Assembly (NCBI GenBank): GCA_950097015.1
Contig: CATNEN010000025.1
Location: 3,100,001-3,164,000, forward strand
Source: Macrostomum hystrix
Taxonomy: Eukaryota; Animalia; Platyhelminthes
DNA: 64,000 nucleotides
Direction: 5' to 3'
Positions 10,568-27,500 of the stretch are shown here, in pieces. Numbering within the stretch: the first letter of the stretch is position 1; each line of letters opens with the position of its first letter. The notes beneath the pieces were generated by a model. It did no database searches and was not told where the DNA came from. It saw only the letters and a list, made by a program, of their open reading frames with translations. Position numbers and translations under genes: made by a program.

Positions 10568-13500
10568 CTGATTAAACTAATCACCCTGCTTAATGTCTCT
10601 GTCATTCTTAGCTGTGATGATGGCTTGTTTTAGTAGATTCGAAAAACATCGATTCTCAAATGTCAAATTGCTGCTAGTCCAAGCTATACACCAATATATA
10701 CTGGCATGCACTCACAACCGGCGTTGTGTGAGCATAGAAATACAAGCATGCACAGGCAATTTACACCGGAACACACAATAGCTCGGAACAAATAATAGAT
10801 TTTCACCCTCACATCTCTCGCTTCTGAGGCCCCTCTGGCGCCTGTCAAATGCCGCAGAGGTATCAGATCAGCGGGTAAGTAGATCTAATATTGACCGGTG
10901 TATACAAGCGTATGTCATGAGCTGACATAACTGACAGTGAAGAAAAATTTTCTCGGGTAAATAATAATTCTTTTCATAGTTCTTTGTTTGCTTAACTATG
11001 TGTTTGCAGTTTTTACTTATAATTTGTGAATTTCTATCCAAAATTCAATGCAGTGCTTGTGTATTGTGCATATTTCTTTCATGATCTTGGATATTTTGTT
11101 CGCTTTTGATATTTTAAAGCAAAGGAAAAACTGTCTTTTAAAACCTTAGATACCTGATCGTGTCCTGATATGAATAACATTAAATTTCCTGGCAAAAAAC
11201 TTCAACATGCGCAAAAACGGTTTTGACAGAATGCAGTCTTGCCTATTCCACAACAGGTGTACAGAAATATAAAACATCCGACTAAATAATGTCAAATAGG
11301 GGTCGAAAATAAAGTAAGAATCTTGGGTCAATCGGGATAATAGGGGATCATATATCTCCCTATGTCCCCATCTCCCCTATCTCCCCAGCATACGGCACCA
11401 ATCAAACTATTAGCTCCTTATGAAGCAAGCAAATTTAATATAAATAGTAAAGGCCCGGTCTCTAAATGCTAAGTTTGACGATTCCGATGCAACCACTAAT
11501 ACGCATATTAAGGCTTATTACGTAAACCGAAAAACATGTTTCTAACAAACATAAAGCTGCAAAGATTAATAAATCTTTCAAGTTTATTTAAGTTCTTAAC
11601 TTTATGTTAAAATAAAACTCAGAAAATTCCTATGCTTTGTGATTTATGCTTTTACAAATGTGTTGCAAAACTAAGATTTCTTAGGATTTATTGTCACGGC
11701 CCACAGGTTGCAGAGAATTTTCTATAGGTCCTAGGCCTAACCTTCACGATAACAGCAGCAACGTTACAAACCCTTCATGGATCCGATTCGAAAACAATGA
11801 GCAGTATGAAATTAATTATTCTTTTAGTAAAGGTAACAACATTTTCAAAATTTTAAAGAGTAACAATCAACTGAACTTCTGAACACCAGCAAGCCTGGAT
11901 TTATCTACCAAATAAATAAATAAAACACAATGTCTGAGGTGGCACATTCTCAGGTGGCGTAGTATTGTGCCACCTAGAAAAGGTGTTATGCATGGCCCAG
12001 CTGCCAAAGGTGTTATGCATGTGGCAGCGATGCCACAGAAACTCGTCCAAACTGGTGTTGATCTAGCACATCATGGATTTTTATCTCATATCTTTGCTTT
12101 GTCTAAGTCTTTGTCTTGTATTGCCATAGGTAGGCCAATTAAAAAATAGGATAAATAAGCACCAAAAAGTCGAATTTCACTTGTCAACAACCTTAACTGC
12201 TTGTTTTTATTAGTGCTACATATCTATTTTGCCATTTCTTTGGGTTTAGCACTAAGTGTGCATGCAAGAATTCAGTATTAAGCAATTGGGACATATTGTA
12301 TGCCAACCATGCATGCCTAACTTAGTAGGCAACACCAATGCATGCACAAGTTTTTGGGCATATTCTACTTGATTGGGACTATGGTTTTCGCCAAGTTTTT
12401 GTTTGTCAAGTATCTTACTTTATATAGATTTACTGTTAATTATTTATCCCTAGGCCCTACTGTTGAAAATGACAATATATTCTTTTGCTAAGGCTAATTT
12501 AGCTAAATTATTATCTAGCTCAAGCACTAGATTCACTTAACAATAGTTGTTTAATTCATTTATGTTTATAGCACTATGAATATGATTGTCATGGTTGGTA
12601 TTATATAACTAAAATTTAGATGATAGTATATGCTTTACTTTTAATTTGTTTTTTTTGGTTATTTGGTAAGTTATTTTGTAGGCCTAATTTTAGACATCTG
12701 AAGAATATGAATCTAATTTAAATAGGAAATCAATTGAGGAAGGCAAATATGACAACATAGTCTGAAACCAACTTACTAGACATGACTAAATACAATAGAA
12801 CTTTCTTCATTGTTGGTCCCTAACTGATACTAGATGTACTGATATATAGACTAGCTATATCTGCTATATTGCAATAATATAATACATTCTCAAACAGTTA
12901 GATATGCTTGTTTGCACCTTCAACCCAGAATTCTCCATAGGGAAAATCTAAAGCCATATAATCCATAGCCAGCTTAAACTGCAGGTTAATAGGAGGCTAT
13001 AGGTCAGTTCAACCTTTTATTTATAGGTTATACAATTCTTCTAAATCTAGTACAAATTAGCTTAATCAGAACAACTTTCTCAGCTACTATATTGGCCACT
13101 TTGCTAGCAGTTTTGTTTTATTCACTGTTCTAATTGCTTTTATATAATTTTTTACTAGAATATTAAAATTCCTATTATCTTAAAAATTTGCCTTAGTTAT
13201 CTGTACTTGTTGCTATGCTGATATCCTGATTGTTTTATTGACATTGAGCACAAAATAATAAACCAGTAAACAATGCCCCCAGAAAATATAAGCTGATATT
13301 AATGCTTTTTTATTTCCTTCTTTTGCTAATTGAAATTCGACAAAATTAAATATTTGGCACCAACTTGGTGGCACCAAGTTATTAGTATATAGTAAATGGT
13401 TAAAGTGCAAAATAGCTAGAATTTCTAAAACAGTGTAACACGTCACAAGCACTACCTTAATTCACAGCATTTATGAGAGTGCCACTGATCTCTGACGTCC

Positions 13501-14487
13501 ATGCAATATGAGTTCTCAAGAGCAGCGCCTCGAGATAAACTGCCAGTGCCAACAGGTGATTGCTTTGCCGAAAGTCAAAGGAGCTCGTCCTGGCCAGCCC
13601 AGCCATTGTTGCGGCTTAACCGCTGTGAGTATTTCTTTAACTGCCTGCCCTTATCCTTTGAGTTTTTTTCAGTCGGCTCCTAACACTTCTTATCTGCAAT
13701 CGCAAAATCACAGGCTTATTTTTGGTATCTAAATAGCGCACCTTAATATTTTTATGACGTAATTAACTTTTTTGTTAGCCAAAACGGCACAAAAATAACC
13801 GATTTCTACAAAACTTCCATTGTTTAGATGAAAATGATGTTTTCTATCTGTTCAGGCTTTTAAAAAACGATTTAATATAAGAAAAAAATCATGCTACTCA
13901 CTACAAGTAGCATATATCAAGTGCTAACACAAGCCTAGATCTTGTGCTTTTCGCACACTGTCCAAATCTTTTCATGCAGTGCTGCATTCAAGCTAAACTG
14001 TCTTTTCCATTCTAACACTAATACGATTGTACACTGTGTGTAACTTACCTTTATTTTTCTCTCCTGCGTGTGTACACCACCCTATGCTGTAATGTATAAA
14101 ACTTCTGTGGCACAGTTAAACCTATAGGCGGCTCTTGTGAGTGAAAGACCGAATTCACATAATGAGGTCCCAACCCTTACCTTTTGGTGTTCTATTTGTG
14201 ATTCCGCTATGCCCCTCTTCTCTCTCTCATTCTCACTCTACAGATTGCCATTGCACATTGCTGTCTAGAAAAAGAATATAACGACCGCCAAAGCAAACTG
14301 AATTGACAAGTCTATCATTTTCCACTCTCAGGATTTTTCCTTCTTATCGAATTCGACAAGCCTCTTATCTATTATAAACATTTGATTCTGTGCCAGGCTT
14401 AAAAATTCTAACTTAACTACAAACTCACTCTAGTCAACTGGCGACTCTAAAAAGCTGCGGCGTCGAACCACTCCGCTAATTGTTACC

Positions 14488-16258
14488 ATGGCAACAACGG
14501 ACTCGGCCTCGGTGTCAGCCGGCAGTGATCAGCAGGCTTGGACGCAGCTGTCCGGACACGCTGACAATTTTCGTCCCGGCAGTCGGCCCGGCCGCGTCAT
14601 GAAGCGGCTCTGCCAGTCAGAGGCTGAGTGTCTGCGCGCACTGGCTAGCGAGCCTGTTCTCAAAGAATTCGCTCCAGCCTACTATGCCACCCACATTGGT
14701 TCAGACAATGGCGGGGCTAAACAATTCCTGGAGATGCAGGACCTGCTATTCGGCTTCTCTAATCCAATATCGCTGATGGACTGCAAGATGGGCTGTCGGA
14801 CCTATCTGGAGGATGAGTTGGCGCTGGCTAGGCGGGACGCGAACCCCAGACCTGACATGTACAGACGAATGCTGGAGGCCGACCCGGATGCGCCAACGGC
14901 CGAGCAGAGGGCTGCCGGGGCCGTCACCAAGCTCGACTATATGCTGTGGCGCGAGAGGCTATCCTCAACTTCCTCCCTAGCTTTCCGCATTGACGGCCTT
15001 CGACGCGGCGTCGATGTGGCATCCTCGTCTGATTCAAGCTCCCAGCCTCCGTTTGACGATTTCAAACGATTGCGCTGCCGAGAGGATGTACTCCTGATGC
15101 TAAAGTACTTTGTGGGCAGCAGCGGCGCGGTGGCCAAGGTCTATTTGGAGCGGATGCGACGGTTGCGAGATGCTCTGACACAATCTGAGTTCTTCCCTAA
15201 TCACGAGGTATTTTCCTTGAATGAAAATGCGTTTTAGGGTTCTTTCAGTGTCTCATCTGTCCCGTGTCTCGCCTCTCCCGTGTCTCACCTCTCCCGTGTC
15301 TCACCACTGCCGTGTCTCACCTCTCCCGTGTCTCGCCTCTCCCGTGTCTCACCTCTCCCGTGTCTCACCTCTCCCGTGTCTCACCACTGCCGTGTCTCAC
15401 CTCTCCCGTGTCTCACCTCTCCCGTGTCTCACCTCTCCCGTGTCTCACCACTGCCGTGTCTCACCTCTCCCGTGTCTCGCCTCTCCCGTGTCTCACCTCT
15501 CCCGTGTCTCACCACTGCCGTGTCTCATCTGTCCCGTGTCTCATCTCTCCCGTGTCTCATCTCTCCCGTGTCTCACCTCTCCCGTGTCTCATCTTTCTCG
15601 TGTCTCATTTCTCCCCTTTCTATCTCTTCCCTTTATCATCTCTCCACTTATATTCCCATCGATTAGTCATCTTTCAGATTCATACCTTGGTCGTTTCGGT
15701 ATACAAAGGTAGCCTATCCCTGCGCTAGTCTTTCCTAGAAAATGGTAGCATTCTGTTACTTGCCGTTTAGATGTGCAGATCGGCCTGCGAAATTCGTGAT
15801 TTCGATACAATTTTTTATCATAAAATGAGAGCATGGAAATTAGGGCTTGATTTTCTGCCTGGAATCTAAAACCGCTGCCATTTTTCAGAAAAGTTGCAGA
15901 CTGGTTTTTGCAACTGTTTTGTTTCCAGCCGCTCGTAAAATTCTGTGACTCAGACCCGCCCCTTTCCGCCCTCTGCATCCTCCAATCCTTCAGTGTATTT
16001 CCGCCCTCTTCATCCTCCAATCCTTCAGTGTTTCCGCCATCTCCATCGTCCCCGCAGCTCATCGGCTCCTCCCTGCTGTTCGTGCACGACCAGACGGGCC
16101 GGGCGTCGGTGTGGATGATCGACTTCGGTAAGACCAGGCCCAGCCCGCGGCCGCTGACGCACGCGACAGAGTGGATCGAAGGCAATCACGAAGATGGCTA
16201 CATGATCGGACTGGAAAATCTTATAGGCCTCTTTCAGCAGCTGGTTGACGCCTGTTAA
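14488..16258 (+). CDS. IP3K: Inositol-trisphosphate 3-kinase (IPK family); exons 14488-15207 and 16058-16258, possible upstream coding exon 13508-13624 spliced to 14434
   Basis: Motifs [15 protein letters not shown] (PxxxDxKxG-type), GSSLLF, WMIDFGK and EDGY. Phase-0 intron gag|gtattt...ccgcag. Confidence 0.92.
15250..15620 (+). repeat. 16-bp minisatellite (tctcacctctcccgtg)n in the IP3K intron
   Basis: Tandem units; same family as the arrays at 41175, 56835 and 58290. Confidence 0.95.
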
Positions 16259-17181
16259 AAAAATCTTTTTCAATGCATATCGCTGTAGCGTAAGTTCGAG
16301 TAAAAATATGCTTATTTTAGCGTAGTGTTTTTTATTCAAGTTCATAGTTTCTTTTATCAAAACCTGAAGATGGTGCGTTATATGAAATGTGGATTTTTTC
16401 ACTGATTTCTTACCGACATTTTTATTTTGTTGTGCTGTGCCGATTTTTTAACTTATATGATCTTATATAAGAGCCTTTAAATAAAAAAAAATTTTTGAGT
16501 TCATGGTCACAAAATAGAACTTCTACTATTAGTAGCGAGAATGTATTTTGCGCGATTTCTTATGTTAAATTGCAAACAGTCAAAAACATAAAGTTATATT
16601 TTTCGTTGCTGTGAAGCAGACTTTTGTTAGGTTCTCGCGTTGCTAAGGACTCAAACAATTTTACTTCCTATCCCACTCGTGCCGCGTTTTTTGGTCCAGC
16701 TTTATTTTTGTTAAACGGAAACAATTTGTAGGTTATGTGTGGCCTACTGATAAAGGCATTTATTTACTCTACTTGTTTGCTAGCTACTTGTTATTCTTTG
16801 GTGCTCCGTGTGTCAGATGGTCATGGGTTCGAAACCCACAGAAAGCTACTTTTTAATTGCTTTTTAGTCGTGTCCAGTGTAATCTGTCCACACCCCATAC
16901 TGCGCGAGCAAGCTAACGGCAACGATAAACTGTACTTATTGGAAACATTGTTTTTGTCTGCTAAGTAAAAATTGTATAATAATTTATTTAGAGAAATAAA
17001 TAGTCAATAAGTAATTAATATTTATATTTAATAGCGTTTGTTTTTTTCAGTTCCATAGTTTAAAAAAGTTGCTTAATACTAGTCAGCTGACGAGGCATTT
17101 TAACGTATAAATCAGATTATATTTACTCGCGCTGTTTACCTTTACTTATAAATTAGAATTGAAAATGACAACTCGCAATGA

Positions 17182-19104
17182 TCGCATTGCCAGCTATTCA
17201 GCAGCCTGGCCATCGCAATTCACCGGCTAGCGGCTCGACTCGCCGCGGCCAGGACTTTTCCCGGCTGTCAGCAGCTGCGCGGATGTGCCGGTGTCAGCGG
17301 CGATTCAGCCGCCAATCCGGCCAAACCCGAGGAATCATCCAATGAGAATCTGGCCCAGCTGGCTGGCCTGCCCGATCGTCTGCCAACCCTGGCCGAGTCG
17401 CCAATTGACGGCGTCGGCGGAGTGGCCGGTCCGCAGCTCTGGCTGGAGACGATGCGTGTTCAGAGCGACGTCAAGCTGGGCCTGGTGTCCCTGGATCCGC
17501 GCGTCTTTCACCAGGTGCCCCGGCCGCACGTTCTCTATCAGAACACTCGCTGGCAGGGCCTGTACCGGCTAATTGACCATCGCAGCATCACCTACAAGAC
17601 CGAGGTGGCCAGGGGTCACAAGAAGCCTTGGCCGCAGAAGGGCTTCGGCAAGGCCCGGCATGGCAATCGGCTGGCTCCGCAGTTCTTTGGCGGCGCCCAG
17701 GTGAAAGGGCCGCGCGGGCCGGAGGCATTCTATTATATGCTGCCACAGCATCTGCGCGTGTTGGGCCTCATACACGCCCTGTCTGCCCGCTGCTTGCAGG
17801 TTAGTCAATAATTAATAATAATAATAATACTTGATTACACCTGCCCCAATTGGGCCAGATGTGCAGCCGACAGCTAGCCTACAACCGCTTACAGGTGAAT
17901 TAATGCATGAATGCATTAATTCACCTGCATGAAATTCTAGATTTTTTGTCGGGGCTTCTACTGAAACTAGTCGCAAGCCGTTCAGAACATCGATATATTG
18001 AATGTTTCTGACAGAAAGTCCAGATGTATCTCAATACACTCTTAATACCCGAGTACAGCAATGCACCTGAGTACAGCTATGCACCTGAGTACAGCTAGGA
18101 AAATCTGTTAAGCAAAGCTGATTGGCGGGAGGGGCAAAGCCACGCAGGGCTTGGGTAAGGGTTGACAGAGGGGGTGAGTGGCAGAGCGGTTATCGCGTTT
18201 GCCTCTCGCACCACGGTCCCTAGGTTCGATTCCTCGGCGAGGCCACTGTTATTTTAGGCGCAGCCGCGGAGAGAAGGCTTGGGGGCTTGTCGTGCAATTT
18301 ACGCCCTTGAGGGCCAACCTCCAAGGCACAGTGAAATGTACACTGCCTGACGATGAGAAAGTCAGGGCAGATGTACACACCTGTGTGAGCGTGTGCCTGC
18401 GTACAGTATCTGTGTGCGTGTGTGCTCAGGAGTCAGCGAAATGGGCATGTCACCAAATGTGCCATTGCCCGCAGCCCTCCTGCATCTAATATTATTATTA
18501 TTATTAAGGGTAGACAGGCAATACCCCGCGCCCAGCCAATCAGATGGTGGCACACGGCACCCTGAGCAGGGACGGGGAAGGAGGGTGAGAACTGGCGGGG
18601 CTTCAAACACAACGGCTTTGGCGAGCAGTCGACCTGAGAAACACAGGTACTACAAACTTTCTAAAACGTTTCTTTGAGTCTACCGAAGTTAAATGATCTC
18701 TCTGCTTTAATCCATAGGATGATCTGCACATTGTGGACAGTCTAAACCTGCCAGTTGACAATGGTGTGTGGCTCCAGACCCTAGTTGAGTCTCGCGGCTG
18801 GGGTCCCACCGTGCTGTTTGTAGCCGATACGGACGTGGCACCAGTGAACATGGCCCTAGCCTGCGACTCTGTTCGCTACTACAGCCTAATGCCGTACTAT
18901 GGCATCAACGTTTGGTCCCTGCTGAAGCACGACACCCTAGTGATGACCCACGATGCCGCCAAGAAAGTGCAGGCCCGCCTGCTCAACCATCTGAGTCGAT
19001 GCAATCCCAATGAATTGCGCGATCCAACCTGGGACGAACCGTTGAACACTCACTTCACTGGCCACTACAAGGATGACCAAGTCGCGGCCCCGGTCTACTA
19101 CTAG
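17182..19104 (+). CDS. MRPL4: Mitochondrial ribosomal protein L4 (uL4m); exons ~17182-17799 and 18718-19104; start codon unresolved
   Basis: KKPWPQKGFGKARHG, GPRGPEAFYYMLP, Q|DDLHIVDSLNLP and GINVWSLLKHDTLVMT match uL4m. Arg/Ala/Leu-rich presequence-like N-terminus. The frame is open from 17182 but has no in-frame ATG before the conserved core. Confidence 0.92.
17810..17875 (-). mobile_element. 3' fragment of SINE family B
   Basis: Reverse complement gctgtcggctgcacatctggcccaattggggcaggtgtaatca plus ATT tail is near-identical to 60089-60150. Confidence 0.8.
18171..18506 (+). mobile_element. tRNA-derived SINE, family A, near-full-length intronic copy
   Basis: A box tggcagagcgg, B box ggttcgattcc, family body, (ATT)n tail. 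Confidence 0.9.
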
Positions 19105-19561
19105 AATATTTCAAATCAGTAGTGTAGTACGCTTGCTAAGTGCGCATTTTTTATTTTAGGTTTTGTTTGTTTGAAATAATAAATAGTTTTCATACTTGTA
19201 TTTTAAGTCAAATTATCGGTTTCATGTTAGGCACATTATGAAGCTGTCCACTGAGAAAGTAACAAGGGTTCCTGAAAATGTTCTTTGTGTATGCTACTTG
19301 CTACTTACCACACTTAAAGAGTGATAAGTAGTGCTAATACTGTTCCGTGCAGCTGTTGTTTATTTTTACTTCAATCAACTGAGCCTCATCTGGAAATTAA
19401 AAGCTTGTTAGCGCAAATTGTATTGTGTTTCAGTGTCACAATGAGTTGTTATTCTTGTTATTGATTATTTTATTTTGTTTCAAAGCTTCACAGTAGATCT
19501 TTGAGCACTCTAAGCTTTCTGGCCTATTTTCTAAAATGATTTTTCCCATTGCAGCTGCAGC

Positions 19562-22788
<3,227 letters not shown>

Positions 22789-23054
22789 CAGCTTGCCTCT
22801 CTAGGGACTGCGTTAAAGTTCTAAGTTCCTCCGCTCCGCTAAGTTCATATTAAACTGTTAGAATTATAATAGTCAAGTGTTCTTCGTTCGTTCGGTTACA
22901 TTTTTTTGGCTTAGAAAACTTATCAGTTATGTTTGATTTTTAGACTTCAAATTGTTTCAATTCTCGCATGACAACATAGTTTATCATTGCGCTTATCCGA
23001 TACCTTCCCACTAGAAATAGCGATCCTAGGGGAATTCCTTGAATTACTGCTGAA

Positions 23055-23325
23055 GGGGTTGTAGCCTAGTAGTGGTTAACTCAGTCTTGAATCAGACTCA
23101 GACTCGTCAGTCTTGAAGGTCGCGGGTTCGATTGTTGACTCCACTTAAACTATTTGTATCCTTTAGCAAGATAAATAGCTCCGTGTTGCACAGTTCACCC
23201 AACTTTTAAATAGCTAACGGCATTAGCTGGGTTAATTGAGGGTGGGTGTGGCGTCACCCCTGCCCACAGCTGCGGCTGTGATGCCGTTTGGTCCAATAGT
23301 GGCAGGTGTAATCAATTAAATTAAT
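23055..23325 (+). mobile_element. SINE family B copy
   Basis: ggggttgtagcctagtagtgg head, ggttcgatt B box, tttgtatcctttagcaag CORE-like block, gggtgtggcgtcacccc, ggcaggtgtaatca 3' end. Confidence 0.85.
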
Positions 23326-23769
23326 ATATTAATAAGTTATTCAGCCCCGTAGCAAAATAAATTATTGTTCAGCCGGTGATTTAATTATACTAATCATTTT
23401 ACTACATTAATTTTTCCACAGATTTATCCTAATATAGTCATTTTCTATTATATTCTTGTCGGCCTTGACTACTATAATAATTTTTAACGCCTGCCTGCAG
23501 CTTTGCATTCACACTATTAATTCTATTTTTCTTTAAAGATTTTTTCCTTTTTTGTGTTTTTGCCAGTGCGTTCGAATGCGAAATTAAACTAGAAAATCTT
23601 TGATTTCTTCCTAATTTATGTAGTTCTGTTAGGGCAAATATAATTTGTTATGTCTTCTGATTGATTAAAACCGAATGATTTTACGACAGCATTTCAACAG
23701 AAATTAACTTCCAGTCTTTTTGATAGATTTAGTATATTCTCGCACCTTTAATCCATCAACATATGGTAA

Positions 23770-24262
23770 ACAAATGTTCTGATCCCTGATAAACAACTGT
23801 TCTGATCCCTGATAAACAGTTGTTCTGATCCCTGATAAACAACTGTTCTGATCCCTGACAAACAACTGTTCTGATCCCTGATAAACAACTATTCTGATCC
23901 CTGATAAACGGCTGTTCTGATCCCTTATAAACGGCTGTTCTGATCCCTGATAAACGGCTGTTCTGATCCCTGATAAACGGCTGTTCTGATCCCTGATAAA
24001 CGGCTGTTCTGATCCCTGATAAACAACTGTTCTGATCCCTGATAAACAACTGTTCTGATCCCTGGTAAACGGCTGTTCTGATCCCTGGTAAACAGCTGTT
24101 CTGATCCCTGATAAACGGCTGTTCTGATCCCTGGTAAACGGCTGTTCTGATCCCTGGTATTCAGCTGTTCTGATCCCTGATAAACGGCTGTTCTGATCCC
24201 TGGTTTTCAGCTGTTCTGATCCCTGGTATTCAGCTGTTCTGATCCCTGGTATTCAGCTGTTC
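23770..24262 (+). repeat. 23-bp minisatellite (ctgttctgatccctgataaacgg)n, intergenic
   Basis: About 21 tandem units with graded variants. Confidence 0.96.
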
Positions 24263-24539
24263 TGATTCGCTTTAAACCTGACGCCGTACAGTAATAAAAA
24301 ATGTTTGTTCGCTAAACAACCACAGCACCACTTATATTCGAGTATATTTTGCTTTCGTTATAATTCACCCGTGATAAGTCAAATTTTTTTTCTATAAATG
24401 TATATTACTCGTTTGGGTAAAAGTCTTGCAGATGAACCGAAACTACCGGTGCCAGTTTCGTCTCTTAGCAATTTCCCTTCAAAAAAGCAAACGAAAGCAG
24501 CTGGTTCTCATTGACGGAAGCTGTGCAGTTCAGCGAATC

Positions 24540-27500
24540 TCAGAAACCACCAGTTTTCGACGGCTTTCGAAAGTCTGCATTGGCCTGCAGCTGGCCGCTG
24601 CTGAGGCGCTGAATGGCCTCTACAACGCTTGTGACAGTGTTCGACTCCACCCGGTGGCCCTTGCGGCGAAGTTCAGCTTTGATTATCTAAAATGAGACGC
24701 AAAGTAGAGAAAAACTTGCAATCTTATACAGCTTAAGTGGCAGAACTTATCTAAAATCTTACTTCCGGCACATCACATTTGGCCGAATTGAAATTGAGTA
24801 CATTTGGCAAGAGCTGATGGTGCAATCGGTATGAGTCTACAGCCTCCTTGACAGTCTCGTTCAAGTAGAGCTGTCTCGCCAGAGTGTAAGCGATTGCGGT
24901 TGTTATGCGGGAACCGCCAGATGCGCCGCTGACAAACTTGACGGTTCCGTCGGCGTCAACAATTATCGTTGGAGCCATCGACGACATTGGTCGCTTGCCC
25001 GCCGCGATGAAGTTGGTTGGAGACGGTGGCAGACCAAAGTAGTTAGTTCGGTTCGGCTGGGAGAAGTCGTCCATCTCGTTGTTGTAGATAATGCCGGTGT
25101 GGGCGCCGCGGACAAGGGAGCCAAAGCTGTAGAATGGATTAAAACTATTGACATCTTCGATCATCGTTTCGAGATTCGGCACTACGCTTCTCCTGAAGCT
25201 GTGTACTTATCTCTATCCTTAATTCAAAAAACAATAACATATTGAGCAGAAGCGGAAAGTGTCTAATAGGCAGCGCTCGTGTCTAACGGGTGACCCTCGA
25301 GTCTAACAGGTGACACTCAAGTCTAACGGGTGACACTCGAGTCTAACAGGTGACACTTTTGTGACCCAAAAGAGAGTTAAAAGCTTTAGACTCACACAGT
25401 ATTGATGGTTGAAGTCATCGAGACAGCGTTTCCATCGGAGTCAATGAGCGACACCTGCGTGGTGCCTGAGTCCTCCTTCCAGTCAAACATTGGTCCGTAG
25501 TAGTTCACGTCGTGCGTGGCGTCGTCGGTGATGAGGCGGCGCAGCTCGGCGGCATAGCTGCTGGATGTCATATTCGCGACCAGCTCCGTTACGTTGACGA
25601 ATTGCGCATCGCCAAGGCCGGAGCGCTTCGCGTAGCCGAACTTAAAGGCCTCCACAACTCGGTGCAGGAAGTTGACGTAGCCATCCCGTGTCGACCTCGC
25701 ACTGGCGGCATCGCCAGCGTAGCCGTCCACAATGCCCAAGATTAGAGCCAAGACGGCACCGCTACTTGGAGGAGGCAGTGAGTACATTGTTAGCCCTTGA
25801 GACGCCAAGTTGATTTTAAGAGGCTCGATTCGCCTTGGCTTGTAGTTCTGCTCAAGAGGATGTAGTTTCAAATAAATAATAATGACAATAATTGCACGAT
25901 GGTAGTAGGCACAGGCACACCATGCGTGGCAGTGGACTGCAGCCAGCGAGGAGTCAATTCTGCCCATTCCGCCGACTACTGAGCACTCGGGCACGCAGAC
26001 AAGTGTATAAATCTGCCCTGACTTTCTCCATGTCAGGCAGTATAGACGCTCTATCTGTTGGCTCTTGGCTCTAAAGGGTGCAAATTGCAAGCCCCAAAGC
26101 CTTTTCTCCGCGTCAGCAGCCGAATAGAAAGTGGCCTTGCCACAGATTCGAGCTCAAGGAGCTTGGTGCAAGAGGCAAACACGCTTGAAAAGTTGCTTTT
26201 AAACCATTCTTCATTTCTCCAGTGTTACACTGCATTGCAATCTTTTTAATTAAAAGTGCACGAGGCATATCTTGATTTCTATGACGCAGTTCAGTAATTA
26301 ACTCTGATAAACATCTGCGTATGGTCAAACAGCATATCTGCGCTTATGTAAGGAAATGCCAGAGAATCAGAAGAAAACCCACATCCCACCTGCAAATCCT
26401 CCTTGGTAATGTTTCCACCGGCCTGCAGCACTTCCCGTAAAATAGTACTCGACAGGTTGCCATTGTAGAAAGCTCTGGGATCCACAGCGATAGCGTCCAT
26501 AGTGTCGGCCAGTTTGTTGTCCACCAGCAGCTCGCCAGCTCGGTAGGGCTGCCCCGTTGCTGGATTTACCATCCAGCGCTTCAATTCGGCGAACGGTGCC
26601 GCATCCGGTACTCGATTGTACATCGTCGCTATAGCATCGGCCAGAGGTCGAGAGACGCGCTGGCCAAAGCGCAGCACCTGCTTGACTGGCTCAACCAAGG
26701 AGCGCCATGGCAGGCGGCCGTGCGCAGAGTGCGCCTCGGCAAGGCCGATCACCTCGCCAGGGACAGCGATCGCCATGCCGCCGTACAGAGAGGCATTGGA
26801 CGGTAGGCCAGAGGCGCTGTTATACATGTCGCGGTGGGCTGCAGCGGGGGCTGCCTCACGAAAATCGTAAGCACTGGCCGACTTTGAAGAACTGTTTAGT
26901 AAAGAGATGAGCTTAAGTGAGTGAGTCTATAAAAATAAAACTGCATGATTTTTTAAGATCACTCCCAGACTAAGCGCTACTGGCTACTCCTAAGTAACAC
27001 AACTTAGACTGCTTAGATAACACGACACAACGCGACACGACACAAAAGCGGTAAGCACTGTCGGCAGCACATCTGGCCCTAATCGGGGCAGGTGTCATAA
27101 GAAAAGACGTAAGAACACACACCGATTGTAGAACACCAGGAAAGATCCGCCACCGATGCCTGCACTGTGAAAATTGGAGACGCCAACGCAGAGCAGCGTA
27201 GCTACTCCAGCGTCCATGGCGTTACCACCGAGGACGTTCAGCACGTAGTCTCCGATGGTGCTGCACACGGCCGAGTCGGATGAGATTGCGTTGTATTGGT
27301 AAATGTCCGTGCCGGAGTCAGACCTGCAGTTTCGTTTCCACTCTGGTGTTTCTGCAAGTTTTTTATGACTGGACGTTGCGGTGCGTTATGGAGAAGTTGA
27401 GCACTGATTCATCGCATCGTAACAATAGACTACGGGACAGTTTTTTGCATCAAGCTCTGAGCGCAATTCCATCCATTTTACTTATTATTTAACAGTAGAA

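Noticed and set aside
11000-13450. Short ORFs in the AT-rich region between CNBD and IP3K
   Set aside because: They are 60-80 aa with non-ATG or weak starts, AT-rich composition and no splice or domain support.
16790-16855. tRNA-like ggttcgaaaccc followed by a T run
   Set aside because: There is no acceptor stem or D arm; at most a decayed SINE or tRNA fragment.
18342-18380. Hammerhead ribozyme in SINE A (CTGACGA...GAAA GTC)
   Set aside because: The core words are present but stems II and III cannot form. The segment is better explained as a simple hairpin, gtacactgcctgac...gtcagggcagatgtac.
24963-26910. Antisense or alternate-frame ORFs over GGT, and likewise over CNBD, AGPS, MRPL4 and PDZ exons
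   Set aside because: They are shadows of GC-rich coding exons and have no independent motifs.
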